Assembly (NCBI GenBank): GCA_964460165.1
Contig: CAYWPS010000002.1
Coordinates: forward strand, 2,709-66,708
Direction of reading: 5' to 3'
DNA length: 64,000 nucleotides
From: an uncultured Ruminococcus sp.
Lineage (GTDB): Bacteria > Bacillota > Clostridia > Oscillospirales > CAG-272
Of this stretch, positions 46,702-57,051 are shown piece by piece; position 1 is the first letter of the stretch; each line of letters opens with the position of its first letter. Below the pieces are notes generated by a model, which searched no databases, was not told where the DNA came from, and saw nothing but the letters and a program-made list of their open reading frames with translations. The position numbers and the translations under genes are program-made.

Positions 46702-46730
46702 TTGAATAAAGTAATAAAGTGTGGTAAAAT
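46702..46730 (+). promoter_or_regulatory. Sigma-A type promoter of ychF
   Basis: TTGAAT, 17-nt spacer, TGgTAAAAT (extended -10). Confidence 0.55.
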
Positions 46731-46764
46731 GATGTGTGAAATTTAAAGCTAAAGAGGTAATGTA

Positions 46765-47859
46765 ATGAAACTTGGTATTGTCGGTTTACCCAACGTGGGT
46801 AAGAGCACGCTTTTTAACGCCCTTACCAATGCAGGCGCTGAGTCTGCTAACTATCCTTTCTGTACGATAGACCCTAATGTAGGCATCGTTCCAGTGCCTG
46901 ATGCAAGACTCGATGAGCTTGCAAAAATGTATAATCCTGAAAAGTACACCCCCGCAGTAATAGAGTTTGTTGATATTGCGGGACTTGTAAAGGGAGCATC
47001 CAAGGGTGAGGGGCTGGGAAACAAGTTCCTTGCTAACATCAGAGAGGTTGATGCCATAGTCCATGTGGTTAGATGCTTTGAAAATAACGACATTATTCAT
47101 GTAGAAGGTAATATAAATCCTTTGCGTGATGTTGAAACCATAGACATTGAGCTTATACTCTCGGATCTTGAGATCGTAGAAAGAGCAATCGACAGAACTG
47201 TCAAGGCTGCTAAGAGCGATAAAAAGCTTCTTGAAAAGCTCGCGGTGCTTGAAAAGGTTAAATCCGCGCTTGAACTTGGAAAGTCAGCGCGCAGCGTAGG
47301 ACTTGACGAGGAGGAGCAGGCTTGGATCGATGAGTCGAGACTTCTTACACTCAAGCCTATTATTTACGTCGCAAACGTGGCAGAATCTGAGATCTCAGGC
47401 GGATATGAGAATAACGATTACTACAAACAGCTTAAGGCTCACGCGCTCGAAGAAGGCAGCGAGATCATAGCGGTAAGCGCACAGATCGAGGCAGAGATCG
47501 CTGAGCTTGATGGCGATGATAAGCTCGTATTTCTTGAAGACCTCGGAATTTCCGAGAGCGGTCTTGACAAGCTTATCAGATCCGGATACTCCTTGCTTGG
47601 ACTTATAAGCTTCCTCACGGCAGGTCCCAAGGAGGTTCGCGCATGGACCATAACGAAGGGAACGAAGGCTCCCGGCGCGGCAGGTAAGATCCACAGTGAT
47701 TTCGAACGCGGATTTATCCGCGCTGAAGTAGTTGCTTTTGACGATCTTATGCGCGAGGGAAGCAGGGCAAAGGTAAAAGAAAAAGGATTGCTCAGAAGCG
47801 AGGGCAAGGAATACGTTATGAACGACGGCGATGTTGTCGAATTCCTTTTCAACGTTTAA
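46765..47859 (+). CDS. ychF: Ribosome-binding ATPase YchF
   Basis: [31 protein letters not shown], and a TGS-like C-terminus ([13 protein letters not shown]). 364 aa. Confidence 0.95.
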   Translation: MKLGIVGLPNVGKSTLFNALTNAGAESANYPFCTIDPNVGIVPVPDARLDELAKMYNPEKYTPAVIEFVDIAGLVKGASKGEGLGNKFLANIREVDAIVHVVRCFENNDIIHVEGNINPLRDVETIDIELILSDLEIVERAIDRTVKAAKSDKKLLEKLAVLEKVKSALELGKSARSVGLDEEEQAWIDESRLLTLKPIIYVANVAESEISGGYENNDYYKQLKAHALEEGSEIIAVSAQIEAEIAELDGDDKLVFLEDLGISESGLDKLIRSGYSLLGLISFLTAGPKEVRAWTITKGTKAPGAAGKIHSDFERGFIRAEVVAFDDLMREGSRAKVKEKGLLRSEGKEYVMNDGDVVEFLFNV

Positions 47860-47877
47860 GCAACCCCTTATTCGCGT

Positions 47878-50121
47878 TTAATCAAACAGGCTTAACGGAG
47901 TCTTGGTGCAATACACCGTGGCTCCTTTTTCTTTGTAGTACATTTCGGCATCTTCTGTTAGTCTGCCGGAGTCATAATAAATTATTTGTTGCGCCTTTGG
48001 CAAACGCATATCAAAGATGTAATAGTTGCTATTTCCAATGGTTCCGATTATCAAATTCTTGGAATTGTGAATTAAAGCTTTGGCAGAAGCTGATAAATCT
48101 TCGTATTTACAAGCGCTAAGATAAGTAGCGCGATCGTCGCCACAGACTATCTCATAGACGTTCGTCGGATACTTTCCGTATTCGTAATCTACCTTTTCAA
48201 AAAGACGATATTTATACTCGCCGAACTCGACATATTCGAGGATGTCGTAGAATTTGAGCTTAGTTCCATAACCGGATAACAAATCGGAAATTCCCTCGGC
48301 TTGCGCGATCTCATCATCCGTACTCGGACGCGGCAGCATGATACGCTCGACCTTTATGCCGTCTATAATAGCGTGCGCAAAATCCATGGTATAATAGGAA
48401 TAGCTAACAAATACAAGGTCATCTATATACGTCAGATCCTCATCGGTAAAGTAGTCAAGAATGTCCCATGCTTCATCGAGATACGATTTGCCGGAATAAA
48501 TGGCAGTAGCGTCTCCGTCTGATTTCAAAAGAAGAATATCTCCCGAAGTGTTCGGCGCGTATATTACGTCATCCTCGTAAGCTTTTACAAGCGTGTGAGC
48601 CTCGGCAACCGCAAATACAGACAACAACATCAGCATCATCGCAGTGACGCACCTCTTCTTGTTTTTTATCTCGAGTACTAAGAAAGCAAAGAAGAATACC
48701 GACAGGATAACTATCAATAGCTTTACAAGAAAGAAGTTCATGGATACGTATATGAATTTTATCGACGAAATAAGTTCTGCGAGCCATAAAATAGCATCTG
48801 AAAATATAATGAGTATTTTTCCAAACGGAATCAGTCCGCCAAATAACAGCAGCAGCATTCCTCCGTAAATAAAGAATTGAATTACGAATGAGAAAATTAA
48901 TGTGGTAAAAACGGAAGCGACAGAAAAGGCATCGAATCTAATTGCAGCCAATGCGAATGTAGCGCAGAATGCAAATATCGATACGTTGCATGCGTTTTTG
49001 AAAGCTATCCAAAGCTTCTTTCTTCTTGAGTCATTCTTGTCCGTTTTTTCGGATATTTCCGAGAAAACGATCACGCCGAGCGTAGCAAACGCGCTAAGCC
49101 ACAGAGAAAGATCGTATACCGAAGCAGGATCCGCGAGGACTATAAGAAACACGGATATAAGCAAAGATGTCACCGTATCTGACTTCTTGGACAGAAGGTA
49201 GAGAAGACAAGAGATAATAAGCATCAACCCCGATCTTAGTACCGATGTCATGAATCCCGTTAAAGCCATATAGAAGATTATAAGAACGGTTAATATTGAT
49301 ACACGGAGCTTTTTCCTCACGCCCAACCGTATTAAAACGAAATTCAATGCAATGGAAAGAATAGCGAGATGCATACCGCTCAAAGCCAGAATATGAGAAA
49401 TACCAAGCCTAGCGAAATTCAATCTCGTATTTCCGCTAAGATCGCTTCTGTCTCCGACTATTAGAGCGGATAGAAATGCACCGGTTTCAAAATTTGTTCT
49501 AAGCTTAAGCGTGTTCGATATTTTCAGCTGCAGATCATCAAAAAATAAATCCATGCAGTCGGTGCGGTTCTCGATGATTATAAGATCGTTAACATTGTCA
49601 AGTAGGGCGGAATAACCCTTGGAAACATAGTAGCTTCTTCCGTCAAAGCCGTTATCGTAGCTTGAAAAAGCATTAACATCCGCCGTAAATTCTATTATAT
49701 CGTATTTTCGTATTAATACAGCAGTTTCCTTATCGACGTAAGCAATGAAGGTATGCCTGTCCACAGAACCGTTTATCTTCTCGGTCTTGCATACGACCGC
49801 AGTGGTTGAAGAATTGGAATTGTCTATTTCATATACGCGCGCTTTGATGGTAGCGTTGGTATCATATATCTTGATTGGATAGAAGATGCTTGACCAAATA
49901 ACAGATGCAACGATCGAGATGGCAAACGCAACCAGCGACAGCACAACAATTACATTTCTGCCGCGCTTTAAGGATTCAAATATATAGATCAATCCAATAG
50001 TCAGCAGTGCGACAGATGCTATGATCAGCCTGATTTTCCAATCAAAATCTATGAAAAAAGAAAAGCCACCCAGCATAATACAAAGTATTAAAGCAAGTGG
50101 TCTTTTCTCTAAAATTTTCAT
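47878..50121 (-). CDS. comEC: ComEC/Rec2-family DNA internalisation channel protein with a degenerate C-terminal MBL-like domain
   Basis: N-terminal OB-like DUF4131 region, competence-domain motif RLGISHILALSGMHL, multiple TM helices. The C-terminal ~235 aa lack any HxHxDH motif. Confidence 0.8.
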   Translation of the reverse strand: MKILEKRPLALILCIMLGGFSFFIDFDWKIRLIIASVALLTIGLIYIFESLKRGRNVIVVLSLVAFAISIVASVIWSSIFYPIKIYDTNATIKARVYEIDNSNSSTTAVVCKTEKINGSVDRHTFIAYVDKETAVLIRKYDIIEFTADVNAFSSYDNGFDGRSYYVSKGYSALLDNVNDLIIIENRTDCMDLFFDDLQLKISNTLKLRTNFETGAFLSALIVGDRSDLSGNTRLNFARLGISHILALSGMHLAILSIALNFVLIRLGVRKKLRVSILTVLIIFYMALTGFMTSVLRSGLMLIISCLLYLLSKKSDTVTSLLISVFLIVLADPASVYDLSLWLSAFATLGVIVFSEISEKTDKNDSRRKKLWIAFKNACNVSIFAFCATFALAAIRFDAFSVASVFTTLIFSFVIQFFIYGGMLLLLFGGLIPFGKILIIFSDAILWLAELISSIKFIYVSMNFFLVKLLIVILSVFFFAFLVLEIKNKKRCVTAMMLMLLSVFAVAEAHTLVKAYEDDVIYAPNTSGDILLLKSDGDATAIYSGKSYLDEAWDILDYFTDEDLTYIDDLVFVSYSYYTMDFAHAIIDGIKVERIMLPRPSTDDEIAQAEGISDLLSGYGTKLKFYDILEYVEFGEYKYRLFEKVDYEYGKYPTNVYEIVCGDDRATYLSACKYEDLSASAKALIHNSKNLIIGTIGNSNYYIFDMRLPKAQQIIYYDSGRLTEDAEMYYKEKGATVYCTKTPLSLFD

Positions 50122-50138
50122 TTTATTCTCTCAAAAAA

Positions 50139-51128
50139 TCAATTTAATTGTTGTGCTTCTTTATGTTTTTTCTGCTTTGGCTTTTTTCTACGCTTCTTCG
50201 GGGACTTATATATGAGATCGCATCCTTTGGGAACTACAAAGTTAAAGGCGTTTCGTACAACTTCGAAGTCAATGGTTTTTGCGCCCTTTATCTCACCGTC
50301 AATGCAGATCGGTACCGGTTCATCAAACTCCATCTTAAAGTGCGGAATCTGCTTGTAAAGGAATACCTTATTTGCGCGTTTATTTTCGAGATACGTTCCT
50401 TTTTTATAGCAAGAAACAAGGCTCAAGAAGGTTGCGCGAGACACTTTATTGATAGCACAAACGTCAAGAAGCCCATCCTCAAGCAGAGCAATCGGAGCGC
50501 TTTTAAATCCTCCTCCGCAGAACTTACCGTTACCGATAGCGGTGAGAGTAAATTCCTTTTCCAAAACCAGGCCGTCGTCAAATATGAGCTTCATCTTGGT
50601 TCCGAATTTTCTGAAAAGAACGACTACGACACCAAGTATGTAAGATATGCCGGGGGATAAAAATTTGATCTTCTTTATCTTATCAGCCTCTTTAACAACC
50701 GCACAGTCAAAGCCGATGTTTATCATATTGGCGCAATAATAATCATTGCATTTGATAAGGTCCAACGAAATGGTTTCGCCGTCAACCTGAGCATCGATGT
50801 CCTGGAACATCTTATGGTTGGAGAAGTTCCTGACGAAATCGTTTCCCGAGCCTTTGGGAATGACTCCAAACTCAACATTGGGGTTACAGGGGGCACTATT
50901 TACGATTTCATTGATAGATCCGTCGCCGCCGACGCAAATAAAGCGCTGCCGCTCTTGAGAAATTCTAACCATGGAGCGTACGTATTCGGTCGCATCGCCG
51001 GGACATGTGGTGTAATATATATGATAATCTAAATGTCTCTTTTTACAAGCTGCTTTTATAACTTCATCCAAGTTCTTTTGACGTCTGCTGCGTCCGGACT
51101 TTGGATTAAGAATAAAATGGTAAATCAT
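50139..51128 (-). CDS. Diacylglycerol/lipid kinase family protein (YegS/DgkB-like)
   Basis: ILNPKSGRS and the GGDGSINEIVN catalytic motif. Unusual poly-basic C-terminal tail KSPKKRRKKPKQKKHKEAQQLN. Confidence 0.8.
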   Translation of the reverse strand: MIYHFILNPKSGRSRRQKNLDEVIKAACKKRHLDYHIYYTTCPGDATEYVRSMVRISQERQRFICVGGDGSINEIVNSAPCNPNVEFGVIPKGSGNDFVRNFSNHKMFQDIDAQVDGETISLDLIKCNDYYCANMINIGFDCAVVKEADKIKKIKFLSPGISYILGVVVVLFRKFGTKMKLIFDDGLVLEKEFTLTAIGNGKFCGGGFKSAPIALLEDGLLDVCAINKVSRATFLSLVSCYKKGTYLENKRANKVFLYKQIPHFKMEFDEPVPICIDGEIKGAKTIDFEVVRNAFNFVVPKGCDLIYKSPKKRRKKPKQKKHKEAQQLN

Positions 51129-51207
51129 AAATCCTCCGGTTGTATATATGCCTATGGATCTTGTCCTAAATTGTAGTACGACAGTAGTCTAAGTACTATC
51201 ACTTAAC

Positions 51208-51236
51208 ATTATAGCAACAATTCACTATTTTGTCAA
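51208..51236 (-). promoter_or_regulatory. Consensus sigma-A promoter of the lipid kinase-comEC unit
   Basis: On the - strand: TTGACA, 17-nt spacer, TATAAT. Confidence 0.65.
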
Positions 51237-51269
51237 GTTATAAATTAATATGTAGAAAAATACAGAATC

Positions 51270-52508
51270 TTACTTCTTCACATCCGTTTGGGAACGTATG
51301 TAATCGTAATATGCTTTTGCCGCCTGTTCGGTCTTGTTTGAACCAAATTCATAATACTTCTTGCCTATAAGATCCGATGGAAGATAGGTTTGATGTACAT
51401 ATCCGTTTACAAAATCATGCGGATAAACATATCCTTTGAAATCCGGACTTGCAAGATGCTCCGGTACGCTTATGCCCATTCCGGCGGAAATATCCTCGTT
51501 GGCTTTATTTAACGCCATATAAGCGGTATTGGATTTAGGGGCAGTTGCGAGAATACACACCGCATTCGCAAGAGGTATAGCGGCCTCCGGAAGTCCAAGC
51601 GAACGAGCGCTCTCGGTGCAAGCATAGGTTATGACCGATGCCAGAGGATATGCGCAGCCAACATCCTCATTAGCGATAACAAGGAGTCGTCTGCATGCCG
51701 AGAGAAGATCACCGGAAGCAAGAATTCGAGCAAGATAGAATATAGCCGCATCGGGATCAGATCCTCTGATAGACTTCTGCAGGCAGGAAAGCATATCGTA
51801 ATGAACGTCACAGTCTCGGTCAAAATGTCCAACGGTGGATGGAATAAGAGCATTTATCGAATCGCTGTTTATCTCTTGTCCGCTAATATAGTATGCATTC
51901 TCAATTACGCCTATGCTCATTCTTACGTCACCGCCGCAGGTTGCCGCGACATTCCGGAGTATTGAGTCGGAAACGGTTTTGGAATCGTCGAAATCGGCAT
52001 TAAGAGTATCGACAGCGCGCCTTAGAGTCGGAATACAATCATCCGCTGATAGATTTTTAAACTCAAATACAGACGAACGTGATAAAAGAGCCTTGTAAAC
52101 ATAATAATACGGATTCTCGGTCGTAGAGGTAATAAGAGTTATCTTTCCATTTTCCATAAATTCCAGCAATGATTGCTGCTGCTTTTTGGAGAAAGACTGT
52201 ATCTCGTCGAGGTAAAGAAGCGTTCCGTTTTCGGAAAACATATTCTCGGAGCTTGAAATAACGTCTTTGATATCCGAGACCGATGCAGTAGTTGCGTTGA
52301 GCTTGAAAAGCTGCATATTGGACTCTTTGGCAATTATATTTGCCACGGTAGTTTTTCCCGTACCGGGCGGGCCGAAAAATACCATATTTGAAATCCTGCC
52401 TCTTTCGGTAAGACGTCTTAGTATTCCGTTTTCACCAACGAGATGCTTTTGTCCGGCGATCTCGTCAAAGTTTGTAGGACGTAACCTGTCCGCAAGTGGT
52501 TTTTGCAT
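51270..52508 (-). CDS. rarA: Replication-associated recombination protein A (RarA/MgsA AAA+ ATPase)
   Basis: PLADRLRPTNFDEIAGQKHL, Walker [12 protein letters not shown], Walker B LYLDEIQSF, and the MgsA C-terminal domain (HYDMLSCLQKSIRGSDPDAAIFYLARIL). Confidence 0.9.
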   Translation of the reverse strand: MQKPLADRLRPTNFDEIAGQKHLVGENGILRRLTERGRISNMVFFGPPGTGKTTVANIIAKESNMQLFKLNATTASVSDIKDVISSSENMFSENGTLLYLDEIQSFSKKQQQSLLEFMENGKITLITSTTENPYYYVYKALLSRSSVFEFKNLSADDCIPTLRRAVDTLNADFDDSKTVSDSILRNVAATCGGDVRMSIGVIENAYYISGQEINSDSINALIPSTVGHFDRDCDVHYDMLSCLQKSIRGSDPDAAIFYLARILASGDLLSACRRLLVIANEDVGCAYPLASVITYACTESARSLGLPEAAIPLANAVCILATAPKSNTAYMALNKANEDISAGMGISVPEHLASPDFKGYVYPHDFVNGYVHQTYLPSDLIGKKYYEFGSNKTEQAAKAYYDYIRSQTDVKK

Positions 52509-52535
52509 ATCTCAATCGACCGAAGTCGAGCCTTT

Positions 52536-54668
52536 CTATGAAATAGTAGATGCGTTATATATAAATGCCGAGATCTCTTCACGAAGAAGGATGTGATGCG
52601 CCATTAATAACTCCGGATCGGAGGAAAGTATATCCTTTGCTGCCGAAAAAGCGTTATTTAAAAGCTCGCCGTCGTTGCAGATCGAAGCCATTTTAAACTC
52701 AAATCCGCCACTCTGCCTGAGATTATTATCTGTTTTCGAAGCAAAGAAGTCTCCGGGACCGCGAAGCAAAAGATCTTTGTCCGCAATTTCAAATCCATCG
52801 CTCGTTGATTTCATGACATTCAGACGTTCTTTTGCAATTTCATATTTTGAGTCCGAAACAAGCACGCAGTATGATTTACGAGCGCCCCTGCCGACGCGAC
52901 CTCTAAGCTGATGAAGCTGCGATAATCCAAATCTTTCGGCGTTTTCAATTATCATGAGCGACGCGTTGGGAACGTTAACGCCAACCTCGATAACCGTGGT
53001 AGATACGAGAACATCTATCGCTCCGCTTGAAAATGCGGTTATTACTTCATCCTTCTCATTTTGCTTCATCTTTCCGTGAAGTGAGGCTATCTTAAGATTT
53101 GGAAGGGCATTATGCAGTTCTTCCGTAAATTGCTTCACGTTTTTTAGATTTAGCGAATCGGTAACACCCAGTTCTGTGTCGAGCACGTACTCATTTTTGC
53201 AATCATTGTTTTCTTCTATCGCCGGGCATACTACGTAGCACTGTCCTCCCAGCGCGACTTGTTTTGCGATAAAGCAATTCAGTCTTTCGCGGTATTCCTC
53301 GTCAACAACAAAGGTATCCACCGGCTGTCTGCCCTTTGGAAGCTCATCGATTTTGGATATATCAAGATCGCCGTACATTGCAAGCGCTAAGGTTCTGGGG
53401 ATCGGCGTTGCGCTCATTACCAGCATATGAGCCCTTTGTTCTTTTTCTTTGAGGACTGCGCGTTGCGCGACTCCGAATCTGTGCTGTTCATCCGTTACTA
53501 TTAAACCAAGTCTGGCAAAACTCACCTTATCGGAGAGGAGGGCGTGCGTTCCTACCACTACGTCAATTTCACCGTTTTCAAGCTCGCCGTATATTCTTTT
53601 CTTTGCCGAGGCGGTTGTCGAACCCGTTAGTAGCTTCACCTTCATTCCGAGCGCGCCCAGTAATTCTCCAAGGTCCTCGTAATGCTGATGTGCAAGTATC
53701 TCGGTAGGGACCATAATTGCCGATTGATACCCCGAACAAAAGGCTATATACATTGCCGCGGCAGCGCATACCGTTTTGCCGGATCCTACATCACCAATCA
53801 AAATTCGTGCCATAACAGGGGTTTTTCCGTCAACGCGCTTAATTACAGTATCTCTGTATATGTCATTTATCGCATTTTTTTGCGCGCCGGTAAGCTCATA
53901 GGGAAGAGCACTGACAAATTTTTCAAGAGAACAGCTCTTGAAGGTTACGCCATCGCCAAGCTCGCGTCTTTTTGAGGCTATGGAGATTCCGAGTGCAAAA
54001 TAAAGCATTTCGTCAAACGCGAGTCGACGGCTCGCGCGTGATATGGAATCCCTATCCTTCGGGAAGTGGATATTGCGGATCGCATACGATAAAGTTGATA
54101 ATCCAAATCTGAGTCTTATGTCTTCGGGGATAGGATCTTCAATAGATGGCAAAAGCTCGTCAACTGCGGTTTTGATATGCTTTTCGAGCATTTTAGATGA
54201 AATCCCATCAGTCAGCGAATATATAGGAGTAAAATCATCAAGCTCAATTCCGTCAATAACAGGCTCATACTTTGGAGCGGTAAGGACCAGGCGCCTGGTC
54301 TTTGAAAACGCGGTCTTTCCAAAAAATCTAAAGGTAGCTCCAATATGAAAAATGTCCTTTACAAACGGTGAATTGAAAAATACGACCTCGCACGATCCGG
54401 ATTCATCAAAGGCTTTGAATTTTGAAAGGGTAATGCCTTTTTTTACCAAAACGCTGTGCACTTCGGAAGCGACGGTAAGTATATAAGAATGAGGCATTTC
54501 GGTATCATGCATACCTAAGGTCCTTACGTCGCCTCGGTTTTCGTATGCCCTGGGGAAGTAGTATACGAGATCGCGAAGTGTGCGTATACCGAGTTTTTCT
54601 AGCTTCTCGGCACGCAGCTTGCCTATTCCGTTAAGTTCAACAACACGTGCAGACAAATTAAGCGCCAT
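52536..54668 (-). CDS. recG: ATP-dependent DNA helicase RecG
   Basis: Wedge domain N-terminus, helicase motifs GDVGSGKT, DEQHRFG, SATPIPRT, QLHQLRGRVGRG. Confidence 0.9.
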   Translation of the reverse strand: MALNLSARVVELNGIGKLRAEKLEKLGIRTLRDLVYYFPRAYENRGDVRTLGMHDTEMPHSYILTVASEVHSVLVKKGITLSKFKAFDESGSCEVVFFNSPFVKDIFHIGATFRFFGKTAFSKTRRLVLTAPKYEPVIDGIELDDFTPIYSLTDGISSKMLEKHIKTAVDELLPSIEDPIPEDIRLRFGLSTLSYAIRNIHFPKDRDSISRASRRLAFDEMLYFALGISIASKRRELGDGVTFKSCSLEKFVSALPYELTGAQKNAINDIYRDTVIKRVDGKTPVMARILIGDVGSGKTVCAAAAMYIAFCSGYQSAIMVPTEILAHQHYEDLGELLGALGMKVKLLTGSTTASAKKRIYGELENGEIDVVVGTHALLSDKVSFARLGLIVTDEQHRFGVAQRAVLKEKEQRAHMLVMSATPIPRTLALAMYGDLDISKIDELPKGRQPVDTFVVDEEYRERLNCFIAKQVALGGQCYVVCPAIEENNDCKNEYVLDTELGVTDSLNLKNVKQFTEELHNALPNLKIASLHGKMKQNEKDEVITAFSSGAIDVLVSTTVIEVGVNVPNASLMIIENAERFGLSQLHQLRGRVGRGARKSYCVLVSDSKYEIAKERLNVMKSTSDGFEIADKDLLLRGPGDFFASKTDNNLRQSGGFEFKMASICNDGELLNNAFSAAKDILSSDPELLMAHHILLREEISAFIYNASTIS

Positions 54669-54696
54669 ATTCTACCTCCTGTATGTTTCTCTATAT

Positions 54697-54725
54697 ATTC
54701 TACAACAAAACCTCCTCATTTGCAA
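54697..54725 (-). promoter_or_regulatory. Sigma-A type promoter of recG
   Basis: On the - strand: TTGCAA, 17-nt spacer, TAGAAT, followed by an AGGAGG SD. Confidence 0.55.
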
Positions 54726-54803
54726 GTGTATTTCAAATTTATATTGCTTTTTATTATTTTTCTGAAGACAAAATTAAAATAACATAAAAATATTTATTAG
54801 GGG

Positions 54804-54832
54804 TTTACAAAAATAGTTTGATGTGTTATAAT
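54804..54832 (+). promoter_or_regulatory. Sigma-A type promoter, 215 nt upstream of gdpP
   Basis: TTTACA, 17-nt spacer, TGtTATAAT (extended -10). Confidence 0.55.
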
Positions 54833-55047
54833 GAATGAGTATAAATATGCGTATTTTTTGATGAATTAATGAACTGTGCGTTGAAGTATGGGGTAATTTA
54901 TCGTTTTACGTTTTAATTTACCTTTGATATTGCTTTTTGTAATTCTGCTATTGACGGCATTATCTTCAGCGGCAGGCTATCACGTAAAATCACGGTAAAC
55001 TTCAACTAACAGAAAATGATCTGTAAAAACAATGGAGGTCATAGCGT

Positions 55048-57042
55048 ATGTATAACAGAAAAAACAACGTTCCGTTCGCTTCCAGACGCGAGCTTGTAAT
55101 GAGCATAGCGCTAGCGTGCTTTAACATTACAATATTCGGATTGTTTTGTGAATTTACGCTTATAAACAAGGCGGTCATTGCTGTTTGCGTAGTACTCATA
55201 TATCTTCTCGAAATAGCCGCTCTTGGAGTATTGAGACAAAAGCAGCAAAACAGTGAGCCTAACGTAAGCATGCACGACGTACTCGAAGAAACGTCGAGCA
55301 CTGTACTCAAGAACACTCATCAGCCCATCGCAACATTTGACGAGCAGGGAAAGATACTCTGGTGCAACGACTCGATGCTGAAGGTCCTCAAGCTTGAGGA
55401 AAATCCGATCGGTATGACTATCGAGGCTGTATTCGGAGCTACTCTGGTTCCCGATAAATTTGGTAAAACCAGCATCACCATAAAAAACAGAATATATAGT
55501 GCCGAAAGCTTTATCCTCTCAAATAAAGGGGATCTCATATATATGCTTTCCCTTACTGATATTACCGCGCTTTCCGAGATGGAAAGGAAGTATAACGAGA
55601 ATAAGGTTTGCATAGCTTACATTGCGATCGATAATATAGAGGACGTACTTCAGTACGTGCATGAAAAGTTTCGCGTTGCCGTTTCCAGAGTTGATGAAAA
55701 GCTCAAAAACTGGGCCGACTCTCTTGGCGCGACTATCAAGTCGTATGACAACGACAAATACATTATGTTCTTTGATTCGGTTTCTCTTGATAAGTGTCTT
55801 GAAAACAGATTTGCCATCCTTGATGAAATCAGAGAAACGCGAGTTGGCGACGGCGTGTCAATCACGATATCTATGGGCGTCTCGCGTATGGACGGATCGC
55901 TCCGTGACAGAGAGCTTGCTGCCAGAGACGCGATAGATCTAGCGCTTCAGCGAGGAGGCGACCAGGTCGTTTATATCAACAACGGCGTTACCGAGTATTA
56001 CGGCGGACGTACAAAGTCTATCTATAAGCGCTCCAATGTTCGTTCCAGAACGTTTACGAATCAGCTGACATCTCTTATGGTGAGAGCTGATAACGTTCTT
56101 ATCATGGGACACCGATACGGCGACTTTGACTCGTTTGGCGCTGCAATCGGAGTTGCCCGAATTGCTATGACATGCGGAGTTAAAGCAAACATTGCAGTGG
56201 AATTGCGTGATAAAAATCTCGAGCCTTGTATAAAAATGATGCAGAATACCGAGGCGTATTCGCAGATGTTCGTTGATAACGCCGACGGCTTGGATCTGAT
56301 AGGACGCGATACGCTCCTGGTTCTCGTTGACCACAACGATCCCGCTAGATCGCAATTCGCTGACATTGCATCAAAGGTCAGCAGTATAGTTGTTATAGAC
56401 CATCATAGAAAGGTCGATACCTTCCACGAGTCGGTCAAGCTTTATTATGTGGAGCCCTCCGCCTCATCGGCGTGCGAGCTTGTAACGGAGATGCTCGAGA
56501 GTGCTATCAGCTCTCAGAATCTTCTTAAGGAGGAAGCGGATATGATGCTCGCCGGACTCCTCCTTGATACTAAGCAGTTTACACGCAATACCGGCACGAG
56601 AACGTTTGGCGCGGCACAGTATTTGCGCGGGGCAGGCGCCAATCCCACCGATGTCTACGCGCTTTTCAAAACAGCCCCTGATGATTTGAGAAAAGAGTCG
56701 CGATTCCACACGGCGATCAACATATACCGCTCCAATATCGCTATTGCTTCATGCGAGGGCGAAACGGATGACACTTACAGGATCATTGCCTCCAAGGCTG
56801 CTGATAAAATGCTTACCCTGAGAGGTATAGACGCCGCGTTTACTCTCGTAAAGATAGGCGATCAAATTCATATTTCGGGAAGATCGTCGGGAACGATCAA
56901 CGTGCAGTTAATTCTCGAAAAACTACACGGCGGCGGTCACTTTGACGTTGCCGGTGCACAAGTCGTCAACGAGTCGGTAATGAACGTACTCGAGACTCTC
57001 AAATTAAGTATAGATGAGTACTTCAACTCAGAAGTCAAGTAA
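55048..57042 (+). CDS. gdpP: GdpP/YybT-like DHH-DHHA1 phosphodiesterase (c-di-AMP phosphodiesterase family)
   Basis: Two N-terminal TM helices, a PAS-like segment, a degenerate GGDEF-like region, DHH motifs (LVDHND, VIDHHR) and DHHA1 GGGH. Conserved gdpP-rplI-dnaB order. Confidence 0.8.
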   Translation: MYNRKNNVPFASRRELVMSIALACFNITIFGLFCEFTLINKAVIAVCVVLIYLLEIAALGVLRQKQQNSEPNVSMHDVLEETSSTVLKNTHQPIATFDEQGKILWCNDSMLKVLKLEENPIGMTIEAVFGATLVPDKFGKTSITIKNRIYSAESFILSNKGDLIYMLSLTDITALSEMERKYNENKVCIAYIAIDNIEDVLQYVHEKFRVAVSRVDEKLKNWADSLGATIKSYDNDKYIMFFDSVSLDKCLENRFAILDEIRETRVGDGVSITISMGVSRMDGSLRDRELAARDAIDLALQRGGDQVVYINNGVTEYYGGRTKSIYKRSNVRSRTFTNQLTSLMVRADNVLIMGHRYGDFDSFGAAIGVARIAMTCGVKANIAVELRDKNLEPCIKMMQNTEAYSQMFVDNADGLDLIGRDTLLVLVDHNDPARSQFADIASKVSSIVVIDHHRKVDTFHESVKLYYVEPSASSACELVTEMLESAISSQNLLKEEADMMLAGLLLDTKQFTRNTGTRTFGAAQYLRGAGANPTDVYALFKTAPDDLRKESRFHTAINIYRSNIAIASCEGETDDTYRIIASKAADKMLTLRGIDAAFTLVKIGDQIHISGRSSGTINVQLILEKLHGGGHFDVAGAQVVNESVMNVLETLKLSIDEYFNSEVK

Positions 57043-57051
57043 GGAGAAAAT

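Noticed and set aside
54830-54868. 12-codon ORF (MNEYKYAYFLMN) at the start of the gdpP leader
   Set aside because: Its ATG overlaps the predicted -10 box, so it would not be on the transcript, and it has no SD.
55002-55316. 104-aa minus-strand ORF across the gdpP start
   Set aside because: It is antisense to the gdpP N-terminal TM region and has no SD. This is a shadow ORF.
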